Positions 52,889 to 62,016 of a stretch of 64,000 nt of DNA are shown here, in pieces (position 1 is the first letter of the stretch; each line of letters begins with the position of its first letter). The DNA comes from Candidatus Bathyarchaeota archaeon. Lineage in GTDB: Archaea; Thermoproteota; Bathyarchaeia; Bathyarchaeales; Bathycorpusculaceae. Under the pieces are notes generated by a model. The model was not told where the DNA came from and ran no database searches. It worked only from the letters and a program-made list of their open reading frames with translations. The translations under genes were made by a program, and so were the position numbers. Location of the stretch: NCBI GenBank assembly GCA_963767735.1, contig CAVYES010000007.1:321254-385253 (forward strand). Direction: 5' to 3'.

Positions 52889-53167
52889 AATGTAAGCCCC
52901 AATAAAAAAACCAAAACCCCGGGAATGTTATATACGTTTATGTTAAAACAATTTTTTTCCGTCATCAACCTTGAGAGCAGTTCTTGTTTTTCAATTCCCT
53001 GCAGCAAACGGTTACACCGGAAAATGCATTCTTGAAAATTGCCCTATTAAAGATGGTGGAGTTATTAGGATTAAAAAGAGTAATTTTGGCATCCAAAAGC
53101 TTTATCTTTAAAAAGCAATAAACTAGTAGAGTAGTTTTCAACCGCTTTTAAGCTGTGAGAAGTTTTT

Positions 53168-54124
53168 ATGAGCGAGGCCAAAATAAAGAAATTTGCGTCT
53201 GATGATCTGAAACAATTTGACGGGTTAAATGGTCATCCGTTATACCTAGTATTCAAAGGGAAAGTTTACGACTTGACAAGCAGCAAGCTTTGGCCGCAGG
53301 GTAAACATATGGGAATGCATAACCAAAGCCAAGATTTGACTGAAGCCATAAAAAAGGCTCCCCATGGCGAAGATAACGTTTATCGATTTCCTTTGGTTGG
53401 CGAATTTACTGGACCTATTTTGCAGGTTCCTACAGCACCAGCCGTCGAGAAAACAATGGTTGCGCCAGTAGCACAGGTACCTATTCAAACTAAGCCTGCC
53501 GGCATGCAGAGGCGGGAGTTCCTGAAGCTGGCAGCCGCCGCGGGCGGAGCAATAACTCTGGCAGCCGTGTTGTCCTCTTTAAAAGCTGGAACTTTTGTGC
53601 CTCCACCAACAACTGTAGCTGCGTGGCCAATAGTTACTGTTACAAACATAAGTAACCTTACAAACCTCACGCCAGTTGTTTTTTATTATCCCTTAACCAA
53701 CACGCCAAATTACCTTGTAAAATTAGGTGTCGCCGCTACCGGCGGTATTGGACCAAATAATGATATAGTGGCTTTCAGCGCCATCTGCCAGCATTTGGGG
53801 TGCGAGTACGGTTTCCTGGCGCCAGGCAGCTCACCAGTTTGCAACTCCTCATACAAGGCGGTTATTCCGATGGGTTATTGTTGTTGCCATGGGTCACAAT
53901 ACGATTTCCTTACAGGCGCCAAAGTAATCGGCGGACCCGCTCCAAGACCAGTACCTATGGTTCAATTGCAACTCGATACAGCTACAGGGAATATAAGCGC
54001 AGTGGGTATGGGACCGCCTACGATTTTTGGGCATGGGCCGCCTGGAACAACTGATCCTGCGTCGGTGATGCAGTATGACTTGCAGGGTGGAGATTTGGTG
54101 ACTCAATCAACCGTTATGGGATGA
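53168..54124 (+). CDS. Cytochrome b5-like domain fused to a Tat-anchored Rieske [2Fe-2S] protein
   Basis: KGKVYDLT..W..GKH...H...APHG (b5-like); internal MQRREFLK plus TM; CQHLGC and CCHGSQYD Rieske boxes. Confidence 0.9.
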   Translation: MSEAKIKKFASDDLKQFDGLNGHPLYLVFKGKVYDLTSSKLWPQGKHMGMHNQSQDLTEAIKKAPHGEDNVYRFPLVGEFTGPILQVPTAPAVEKTMVAPVAQVPIQTKPAGMQRREFLKLAAAAGGAITLAAVLSSLKAGTFVPPPTTVAAWPIVTVTNISNLTNLTPVVFYYPLTNTPNYLVKLGVAATGGIGPNNDIVAFSAICQHLGCEYGFLAPGSSPVCNSSYKAVIPMGYCCCHGSQYDFLTGAKVIGGPAPRPVPMVQLQLDTATGNISAVGMGPPTIFGHGPPGTTDPASVMQYDLQGGDLVTQSTVMG

Positions 54125-54131
54125 GACGTAT

Positions 54132-55637
54132 ATGACTGAAGAAAAAACCGCCTATGACAAGCTTGTTGACTGGTTTGACGTCAAGTTCGGTTTCGCCAAG
54201 ACTCCGCTTAACCCAATTCCTGACTTTGCGATGAACCCAATTTACTGGCTCGGCTTGCTTTTGGCGGTGACTTTTGGTATGCAGGCTACGACAGGCATAT
54301 TCATGCTTCTCTACTATGTACCTACACCAACTCAAGCGTATTCGTCAACAGCGTCTATAATTAGCTCCGTGCCCCTCGGTTCACTTATAGAAACTATTCA
54401 CTTATACGGCGCTTACGCCATGATTATCCTTACTTTTTTGCATTTAGTAAGAAATTATTTTGGTAGCGCACACAAAGGAAACAGAGATTTGATGTGGCTG
54501 GCAGGAATTGTATTAGGCACCATCGTGGTTGGTTTTGGCGTGACGGGATATCTTTTGCCTTGGACAGTAATTTCCAAGTCTGCCAGCGACGTCGCCATTG
54601 GATTTCTTAACTTCTTCCCTATAGGAATCGCAAATCTGGGAAAATTCGTAGCAGTAGGCTCCGGTAGCGACGCCTCAGAATTAACGACGTTTCTTCATAT
54701 ACACACGGTGTTTCTTCCGTTGGCTCTAATTGCTTTTCTTGGCTTGAAAATTTACATGTACGAAGTGCATGGTCCAGCATATGTGTCAGCATATGGGAAA
54801 CCTAAATCAGACAAGATTCATCCGTGGTTCCCAAAGGTTTTCCTCTTTGCCGTCATGCTTTTTAGCGTTTACATCGCGATTTTGCTAGCTGTTGCTTCTC
54901 TTTTTCCGCTCGCTTTGCCGCCTGCATACTCAGCCACAACAGCTGGCACAATCGTTGTGCAGCCCGACTGGTACCTGCTGTGGCTATATCAGCTACTGAA
55001 AATTCAAATATTTGAAGGACCAGCCGCAGTCGACGTATTAGTGGCAGTGATTATTTTTGGCGTGCTTCTTTTTCTGATGCCGTTTTACGACCGAAGCAAA
55101 CGTCGAAACCTTAGCCAAAGACCAATCTTCGCAACAATCGGATCTATATTAATAGTTGAGCTTATCACGTTAACTATCTGGGGTTATATGACTCCTGGAC
55201 GAATAATTCCTAATTATCAAGCTGTTCTAGTCTTGTTCGGATTTGCTGCCGTAACCGCTGTTGCAGTATTGTCAGTCTATCGGCTTGTAGAAAAAAAGAA
55301 AGCGGCTAACGCACCGGCGGCTTCCACTATGCCCAGCCCATCGAAGCCAAATTCACCTATCCAAAGCAACGCGTCAGTTCAGAGAAAGAAGAGCTTAATC
55401 AAGAATGCAAGAAACGCCGGCGAAAGCATACTTAATAAGTTCACAGCTGTTTTCGTGGTTTTCTTGGTGGTTGCTTCGGTTTCTTTGGCATCAGCAGTGA
55501 ACATGGTGCCTAACATTTTGGCGAATGCTCCGTTTTTTGCTTTAGCTTTGATTGTTTTCGTTGTTTCGTCTTTTTTCATGAGCCTCATGCTTCGCAAATT
55601 TGTTTTAGCTTATGAAGGAGTCGTGGCTAAACGATGA
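54132..55637 (+). CDS. Cytochrome b of a Rieske/cytochrome b complex (unsplit, with extra C-terminal TMs)
   Basis: TGIFMLLYY, H90/H104, GYLLPW, H191, PDWY (PEWY equivalent). Confidence 0.92.
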   Translation: MTEEKTAYDKLVDWFDVKFGFAKTPLNPIPDFAMNPIYWLGLLLAVTFGMQATTGIFMLLYYVPTPTQAYSSTASIISSVPLGSLIETIHLYGAYAMIILTFLHLVRNYFGSAHKGNRDLMWLAGIVLGTIVVGFGVTGYLLPWTVISKSASDVAIGFLNFFPIGIANLGKFVAVGSGSDASELTTFLHIHTVFLPLALIAFLGLKIYMYEVHGPAYVSAYGKPKSDKIHPWFPKVFLFAVMLFSVYIAILLAVASLFPLALPPAYSATTAGTIVVQPDWYLLWLYQLLKIQIFEGPAAVDVLVAVIIFGVLLFLMPFYDRSKRRNLSQRPIFATIGSILIVELITLTIWGYMTPGRIIPNYQAVLVLFGFAAVTAVAVLSVYRLVEKKKAANAPAASTMPSPSKPNSPIQSNASVQRKKSLIKNARNAGESILNKFTAVFVVFLVVASVSLASAVNMVPNILANAPFFALALIVFVVSSFFMSLMLRKFVLAYEGVVAKR

Positions 55638-56287
55638 ATCGCACCAGCGACCCGCTTCGTTCCATAGCAATTTTCCTCTTGGCGTTTCTTGTCATCGTAG
55701 GAATCGCCATATGGTTTCTTGACTTTATTTCTCAGCAGAGAGTTTTCGGCTTCCTTGTGAGCGCAGAACTTATTGCATTTGCGCTGTTGGTTTACATTTT
55801 TTATGAGCAAAACCCCGGAGTCAGCAAAAAACTGTTAACCGCTGGTTTTGTTGCTTTAGCAGTTCTTGTTGTGTTGGCGGCTGCCGTGTTTGCAGGCGTT
55901 GGCACATCGCCTCCCCTGCCTCCGCCCAATGTCTCAATGACTCTGTATGCCGGTCAAATTTCTTTAGAAGTGTATGGCTTTGGAAACAGCGCAAACAATA
56001 TAACTTCGCCAGGTCCAACTTTGACCTTTAAAGTCGGCGACGTCGTAAACATGACCGTTATCAATGTAGGAACCATGCCTCACAATTGGGCACTGACCAC
56101 TACCAATCAAACATCCGCCAAAGTACTCTTCGGCGCACAAATCGACAGCGGCTCAGTCCCCATAGAAATGAACCAAAGCGCATCAGTAGTTTTTAAAGTC
56201 GCCAAATCAGGCAACTTTAACTACATCTGCCAAGTTCCAGGTCATGTACAACTAGGCATGTGGGGCAGCGTGGTAATTAACCCGTGA
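55634..56287 (+). CDS. Membrane-anchored blue-copper (cupredoxin) protein
   Basis: 3 N-terminal TMs; type-1 copper ligands HNW...YICQVPGHVQLGM. Confidence 0.88.
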   Translation: MNRTSDPLRSIAIFLLAFLVIVGIAIWFLDFISQQRVFGFLVSAELIAFALLVYIFYEQNPGVSKKLLTAGFVALAVLVVLAAAVFAGVGTSPPLPPPNVSMTLYAGQISLEVYGFGNSANNITSPGPTLTFKVGDVVNMTVINVGTMPHNWALTTTNQTSAKVLFGAQIDSGSVPIEMNQSASVVFKVAKSGNFNYICQVPGHVQLGMWGSVVINP

Positions 56288-57060
56288 ACACCAAAATAAC
56301 CAAGAAAATCACTTCCACATTTCTATTTTTTATGGCAAGTTTACTTACAGGATTTATGAGCTTTCTGGCATTTAGTTCCGTTTGGGCAAAGCAAAAAGGT
56401 GCGATGCCAGATGGCACTCAGAAAGTCGGGGGTTTCCTTGCTGATAAGCAGAAGGCACTGAATTTTTACAGAATATTTTCGCACGCCTACGACCTTTTGA
56501 ATCCTTATCTTTACACCGACGCAATGAGAGAGGAAATGGTGAGCCAAATTAAAATCGGCACGGACCTGCGGGTGCTGGACGTCGGCTGCGGAACAGGCTA
56601 CACTACTTCGGGAGTTTTGAGTAGAAAAGACGTTTGCGAAGTAGTGGGTTTGGATATGAATCCAGTGCAATTAAACAAAGCCGTTAAGAACCTGCATTCA
56701 AAAAAAGATAGGCTGTCGATTTCGAGAGGCGATGCGGAGAACCTGCCGTTTTTAGATGATTCTTTTGACGCAGTTATTTCCGTTGGAGCCATAGAGTATT
56801 TCCCTGAACCTGAAAAAGTGTTAAAAGAATTAGCAAGGGTCGCGAATCCGAACGGAACCATCATTGTTGGTGGTCCTGAATCTGCTTGGTTTAGCAAGTA
56901 TGCCTTGAACAGAGTTTTCTATACTCCCTCAGTCAAAGAAATGAACGAGATTTTTCGCAATGCAGGGCTTGTTCAGGTGAAATCGGTTTTGACGGGTGTT
57001 AACACTTTTTTCGGAACAGGCAGATACGTCGTATTTACTGTTGGAACAAAAGCAACTTAA
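56284..57060 (+). CDS. UbiE/MenG-like SAM methyltransferase
   Basis: YDLLN, VLDVGCGTG, GDAENLPF.DDSFD; start uncertain. Confidence 0.8.
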   Translation: MNTKITKKITSTFLFFMASLLTGFMSFLAFSSVWAKQKGAMPDGTQKVGGFLADKQKALNFYRIFSHAYDLLNPYLYTDAMREEMVSQIKIGTDLRVLDVGCGTGYTTSGVLSRKDVCEVVGLDMNPVQLNKAVKNLHSKKDRLSISRGDAENLPFLDDSFDAVISVGAIEYFPEPEKVLKELARVANPNGTIIVGGPESAWFSKYALNRVFYTPSVKEMNEIFRNAGLVQVKSVLTGVNTFFGTGRYVVFTVGTKAT

Positions 57061-57349
57061 CATCTTTTGCGATGAGATCTCTCCGTTTAAAAGTTCTGCT
57101 CTTTCCATTTTGAAGAAATTCAAATTGTTATGATTGCTCAATTGAATCGGCAAAGAGCGCTGTTCTGTCTCTAATTTTTGGTGTGGTTATTTTAGCAAAG
57201 AAAGCAATTGAGCAAAAAAAGAACAGAACTTGATATTGCGCGCCGCGCTAGTTTGGGATGTTTGACTTGTTGTTTTTTGGCGTTGGTGACTGCTTTTATT
57301 GTGAGTTTCTTTGTCTGATAGAACAACAACAGTGGTGTTGCCATTTCTG

Positions 57350-57452
57350 TTCAGGCTGGTTTAGGTTGCTTTTTTGAAGCAAACCTTAAATCGTTTGCAG
57401 GTTGTCTATTAAAATATCCTAGAATATCCTAGAATATCCTAGAATATCCTAG
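57350..57452 (-). repeat. Element family A, copy A5: 4 perfect AATATCCTAG units plus anchor
   Basis: AATATCCTAG x4 at 57413-57452; GTTTGCAGGTTG ends at 57404; second GGTTG ends at 57368. Confidence 0.9.
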
Positions 57453-57590
57453 GTGGATGTTGTTTGTTTGCCGTTAACACAAAGAGTCATTTTAGCGCGC
57501 GTACGTGACAAGGCACACGCATAGAAAAGTACAATACTTACTTTAACTGTGAAAAGTTGAAGAAACATGAATTGGCTGTCGGTGAAATAA

Positions 57591-57896
57591 ATGCATGAAT
57601 TATATGCATTTGTAAACATTTTCGTGGAGGCTCCCCTCCTTGATGACGTGGTTGAAGCCCTTTCCCAAATAGATGCAGTGGAGGAACTCTACGAAGTAAC
57701 AGGCGAGTACGACCTCGTTACGCTTGTATGCGCGTCAGATATTGAGGAATTAAGCGATGTCTTGAAAAACAAAATTATGAAGATCAAAGGCGTAAAGAGC
57801 ACAATAACCGCAATTGCATTGAGTCCCCAAAAAGGCATAAAATGTGCAAAAGCAGCAACTGAAACTACTGCTTCAGATAATAAAAATTCGATGTGA
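57591..57896 (+). CDS. Lrp/AsnC ligand-binding (RAM) domain protein
   Basis: YEVTGEYDLV...IKGVKSTIT. Confidence 0.88.
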   Translation: MHELYAFVNIFVEAPLLDDVVEALSQIDAVEELYEVTGEYDLVTLVCASDIEELSDVLKNKIMKIKGVKSTITAIALSPQKGIKCAKAATETTASDNKNSM

Positions 57897-57904
57897 CTCT
57901 CAGG

Positions 57905-58937
57905 TTAAGTTTTTTTCTTTATGTTAAGAAGCATCCATGCCACTGGTGCATAAGCGATTGCAAGCAGCACTAAAATAAATAATAATTGAAATGCGTCTGC
58001 CTTATTTAACAGCCCCTGGATTGCATAGCCCGCGATTAAACCGAAGGCGGTGACGCTGTGTGCCTTTATATTGTCCAGGTTTGCTGGAGCCATTTTCTGT
58101 GGATTATCGTAGTTTTGCCTCAGTATCCTAATTGAACGGTACACAAGGGGCAATGAGAGCAAAGCAAAAAGAGTATAAAGCGGGAGAATACGAAACGCAA
58201 CTGAACCGACAATCACTATGTATGTGCAGATCCAGCCTGCCACGTAAAGTTTTACGCCTGCTTTTTTGCCGTATCTCGCCACGAGAGTGAGTTTTCCCGC
58301 TGCTTTGTCTTCTGCCATGTCGGGAATTTCGTTTATGGCAATTAAGGAGAACAGCATGATTCCCAGTGGTAACGTTGCCAGGAACGCTTGCAGCGTCAAG
58401 GTGTGCGCTTGAACGTAGAAGGCTCCTAAACCGATTACTGAGCCAAAGTTCACTAGGCATAGCGAGTTCTCCTAAACCGCGGTGGCTGAAGCTTATGGGT
58501 GGGGCAGTGTAGAAGACGGCGCAGAAACCTCCGAAAAATCCGAAGGCTAAGATCGGTAAGCCTCTGACCAAAGTAAGATAGATGCCCACGGCAACAGTAA
58601 CTGCATAGCACAACGTGAAAGCTTTGAACATGCTTTTAGGTGATATTAGACCGCTGCTGAGGGTAGCGCTGCCGCCAGTGTACGGGTTTTTCTCTTCTGG
58701 CTTAAGTTTGTCTACACTATGTTTGTAATCAAAATAATCATCAGTCATGTTTAATCCGATATGGTTGATAATTATGGCGACGAGCACAAGCAGAAAATAA
58801 AATGGAATAAACCCAGCGTTTGTTGTCCAACTAACTAAGCCACCTAAGACGGCGGGAAAAATGCTGGGCGGCACGTAGTGGTAGCGTAATGCTCGCCACC
58901 AAACTTTCGCTTTGGACATTTGTCGTGTGCCCGTCAT
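57905..58937 (-). pseudogene. MenA-like (UbiA family) prenyltransferase split by a +1 frameshift near 58456 (real or sequencing error)
   Basis: NMTDDYFDYKHSVD and YTAPP..GLGEL in the N part; NFG...INEIPD..EDKAAGKLTL in the C part. Removing one C from ATGCCTAGTG joins them. Confidence 0.8.
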
Positions 58938-59008
58938 GATTGTTCAGCCCAGCTGGATGTTTCTTATTTTTTTAACGTAAAAAAGGGTTTTTATTGTGGC
59001 TTCTAGCG

Positions 59009-59314
59009 TTATTCGGTTGGTTCTGCCGCTTTGCGCTTCCTAAAGAGAATAAACACATGGCCTCTAACCTCAACCAAAGCAGAACAGGATTGTTCAGCAG
59101 CCTTAGCCGCTATCACTTGAGCTGTAATGTCTCCTTGCAATGCGGCAGGCAGAATTCTGACCTTTACCATCTTGTTCTGCTGAAGTTGCTTCTCGATTTC
59201 GCTTACTAATTGAGGAGTTAAGCCGTCTTTGCCTACCCAAATGGTTGGGTTTTCGTCTTTCAATACGTGCCTAACATGCCGTTTCATTCTGGTTTTTATT
59301 TTGCTCAAGTTCAT
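59009..59314 (-). CDS. YhbY/CRS1 RNA-binding protein
   Basis: PTIWVGKDGLT, MVKVRIL, VEVRGHVFILFR. Confidence 0.92.
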   Translation of the reverse strand: MNLSKIKTRMKRHVRHVLKDENPTIWVGKDGLTPQLVSEIEKQLQQNKMVKVRILPAALQGDITAQVIAAKAAEQSCSALVEVRGHVFILFRKRKAAEPTE

Positions 59315-59630
59315 TTTTCTCCTTTTTCTTCACCAATAATATTCGAGTTTGGTTGCCGCAGTTTAAACATGTTATTACGATGTGAGGCTGCCTTTTCTGC
59401 TTTACCCTAACCCTGCAGTTATAACCCTGCACAAGCAGCGTATTGCAGTTTTTACAGGTCTCGCGCCTAAACTCAACTGGCAAACGAATTTTTGCAGCCA
59501 TAGCAATCCTTCTTGCGGATTTTACGTACTGCATGGCTAACTTAGGATTAGTTTTGCAGACCAGCTTTGCCTGCTCAAAGAGGATTTGAATGCGCTGCCT
59601 CGCTATCTGTTTAACGTTGGTCTGTTTCAT
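59271..59630 (-). CDS. rnp4: Ribonuclease P protein component 4 (Rpp21)
   Basis: IARQRIQILF, CKNC...CLNCG. Confidence 0.93.
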   Translation of the reverse strand: MKQTNVKQIARQRIQILFEQAKLVCKTNPKLAMQYVKSARRIAMAAKIRLPVEFRRETCKNCNTLLVQGYNCRVRVKQKRQPHIVITCLNCGNQTRILLVKKKEKNELEQNKNQNETAC

Positions 59631-59765
59631 TTAGCGTTACCAAATAACCAGAAAGGGGGAGGACTTGCACATAAACACTTGCGTCTAACCCATCTGCTAA
59701 AAACTGAGAGTTCCGATCTTAGTTGTTGATAGTTATCTATAAGGAGAATATTTCTCCTAATTTTT

Positions 59766-59880
59766 TGTTCTTGTTGTTTTGGGTTGCTTTTTTAATTTAG
59801 GCTTGTTTTTGTTTGCAGGTTGTGTGCATTTTTGTGCCAATTTGTGTCGAATTGTGCGGATTTGTGTGGAATTGTGCCGG
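59766..59880 (-). repeat. Element family A, copy A6: 6 x 10-bp TGTG/CACA-core units plus anchor
   Basis: TGTG at 59823 ... 59873; GTTTGCAGGTTG ends at 59822; second GGTTG ends at 59786. Confidence 0.9.
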
Positions 59881-59904
59881 ATTATTGAAGAGTCGCTCTG
59901 CGTA

Positions 59905-60045
59905 GTTTTGCGGCAAATTTTGAACAAGTCGTTCTAAGTTGCTTTTCTGTTTCAGAGCCTGAAACGTTTGCAGGTTGCGTAAGGAAAAGTAACAGAAAGT
60001 AACGAAAAGTGAGCAAAAGTGAAGATAAGTGAAGCAAAGTGAAAG
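59905..60045 (-). repeat. Element family A, copy A7: 7 x 10-bp T(T/C)AC-core units plus anchor
   Basis: GT(A/G)A at 59979 ... 60039; GTTTGCAGGTTG ends at 59977; second AGTTG ends at 59941. Confidence 0.9.
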
Positions 60046-60111
60046 AAGACTTTGATTATGTCACCGCAATCAAAGAGCTTGAATATAAAAAGGAAACAGT
60101 TGTTTTTCGAA

Positions 60112-61002
60112 TTAACGTTTTTTCTGTGAGATCTCAATTTTTAAGCGTTTCAATGCTTCACCAATTTCAAGTGGCTTATTTTTGAGTGCCCGCTGGGCTT
60201 TTGTTGTGTCAAGCGAGGAGTCCATCGGTCGTTTTGCCGGCCACTTAAACTGTGAAGACACTACGGAATCAATCAAGCTCTTATCCAAATCGAAAGCTTC
60301 AGCAATTAATTCTGCAAACTGGAATCTGCTAACGCGTGTGGCGCCGCAAAGATGAAACGTACCGGTTAGTTTTCGCTCAATAACTTCAAGGGTCATTTCA
60401 GCCAAATTAGTGTTCAACGTCGGCGTGTTCCACTGGTCAGTCACAATCTTAACCCGTTCACCCTTACGCAGTGCATCAATGAGCCAGAGAGCAAAGTTGA
60501 CTTTTCCAGCGGCGGGAGTTGAACCGTAAATCACGCTGGGGCGCCCAATAAAATATTCATCTTGAGCCTTCACCAGTTCTTCAGCTTTAAGCTTAGTTAA
60601 TCCGTAATAATTAATCGGGTCAGGCTTATCCGTCTCCTTATAGTTGCCTTTTTCGCCGTTGAAAACGTAATCTGTCGAAATATAGATCAGAAAAGAGCCC
60701 GCTGTCTTTGCTGCGTCTGCGATGTTTTTTGTTCCTTCAACGTTGATTTTCCAAGCAAGCTCCTTGTTCAACTCGCATTTATCCACGTCGGTTAAAGTGG
60801 CTGCGTGTACTACAACGTCGGGCTTAACTCGTTTAAACGCTTCATTAACCAGCTCTTTGTTTGAAACATCAAATTTAACAAAGTTACCGCAAACCGGCAG
60901 TTCTTGCACATCACAGGAGTAAACCTCAAAGTTTCTGGCAATGGCAAGCTCAGCTAGTTTGGAGCCGTAGAGGCCGCTGGCGCCGGTGATTAAGAGTTTC
61001 AA
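60112..61002 (-). CDS. rfbD: dTDP-4-dehydrorhamnose reductase
   Basis: ITGASGLYG, YISTDYVF.G, YGLTK, AKRP. Confidence 0.93.
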   Translation of the reverse strand: MKLLITGASGLYGSKLAELAIARNFEVYSCDVQELPVCGNFVKFDVSNKELVNEAFKRVKPDVVVHAATLTDVDKCELNKELAWKINVEGTKNIADAAKTAGSFLIYISTDYVFNGEKGNYKETDKPDPINYYGLTKLKAEELVKAQDEYFIGRPSVIYGSTPAAGKVNFALWLIDALRKGERVKIVTDQWNTPTLNTNLAEMTLEVIERKLTGTFHLCGATRVSRFQFAELIAEAFDLDKSLIDSVVSSQFKWPAKRPMDSSLDTTKAQRALKNKPLEIGEALKRLKIEISQKKR

Positions 61003-62006
61003 TGAAAACCACCTAGCTTCCAAGGCGTCGGGTGAAGAATCACATCTGTAGCAAACGGCGTCCACCAATGCTCATTTTCAAGATACCAGCGAACAGTCGA
61101 CTCCAAAGAAGCGTCAAAACTGAACTTTGGCTCCCAACCCAACATGGACCTTATTTTCGTGGAATCCAAACTGTACCGTGTATCGTGCCCAGGACGATCC
61201 TCAACAAAAGTAATCAAGCTCTCAGGTTTATGCATCAACGCAACGATTCTTTTTGCAATCTCAATGTTAGGAATTTCGTTTCCAGCTGAAACATTGTATA
61301 CTTCTCCAGCATTTCCCTTCTCAAGAACCGTGGCGATTGCTTCACAGTGATCTTGAACGTAAATCCAATCACGAATGTTTTGTCCTGACCCGTAAATCGG
61401 TATCGGAAGGTCTCTTAACGCGCGGATAATGGTTTTGGGGATCAGTTTTTCTGGGAGCTGGTATGGACCGAAATTGTTTGTGCAACGTGTGATGGACACA
61501 TTCAAATTATAAGTTTTATAATAAGAGAGTACAAACATGTCAGCGGCGGCTTTAGATGCAGAGTAAGGATTAGACGGCTTGGGCGGAGTATTCTCCGTAA
61601 ATGAGCCTTCCAAAGCTTCACCGTAAACCTCATCAGTAGAGACCTGCAGAAGCCTTGCCTTGTGATTGTGCCTCCGTATCGCCTCTAAAATCGTAAATGT
61701 ACCAACTGTATTATTCTGCAAAAACACGTTGGGGTCAGCGATGCTTCTGTCCACATGCGTCTCAGCCGCAAAGTTTACAACTGCGTCAACTTGATGGATT
61801 AGCCTGTTTATAATCTGCGGATTATCGATATCGCCTTTTATGAAAGTGTACCTCTTGTCGTTTTCTACATCATGAAGATTCGCTGGGTTAGCTCCTATAC
61901 CAATCTTATCAACATTTATCACTTCATAATCAGGATAATTCGCAAGTATGTACTTGCAAAAGTTGCTTCCGATAAATCCTAAACCGCCAGTAACTAACAA
62001 CTTCAT
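60999..62006 (-). CDS. rfbB: dTDP-glucose 4,6-dehydratase
   Basis: TGGLGFIG, FAAETHVDRS, STDEVYG, YSASK, DRPGHD.RY. Confidence 0.97.
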   Translation of the reverse strand: MKLLVTGGLGFIGSNFCKYILANYPDYEVINVDKIGIGANPANLHDVENDKRYTFIKGDIDNPQIINRLIHQVDAVVNFAAETHVDRSIADPNVFLQNNTVGTFTILEAIRRHNHKARLLQVSTDEVYGEALEGSFTENTPPKPSNPYSASKAAADMFVLSYYKTYNLNVSITRCTNNFGPYQLPEKLIPKTIIRALRDLPIPIYGSGQNIRDWIYVQDHCEAIATVLEKGNAGEVYNVSAGNEIPNIEIAKRIVALMHKPESLITFVEDRPGHDTRYSLDSTKIRSMLGWEPKFSFDASLESTVRWYLENEHWWTPFATDVILHPTPWKLGGFH

Positions 62007-62016
62007 AATCAATCAC

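Noticed and set aside
16991-60045. Family A arrays as CRISPR arrays
   Set aside because: Units are 10 bp with no 25-40-bp repeat/unique-spacer alternation, and no cas genes are in the window.
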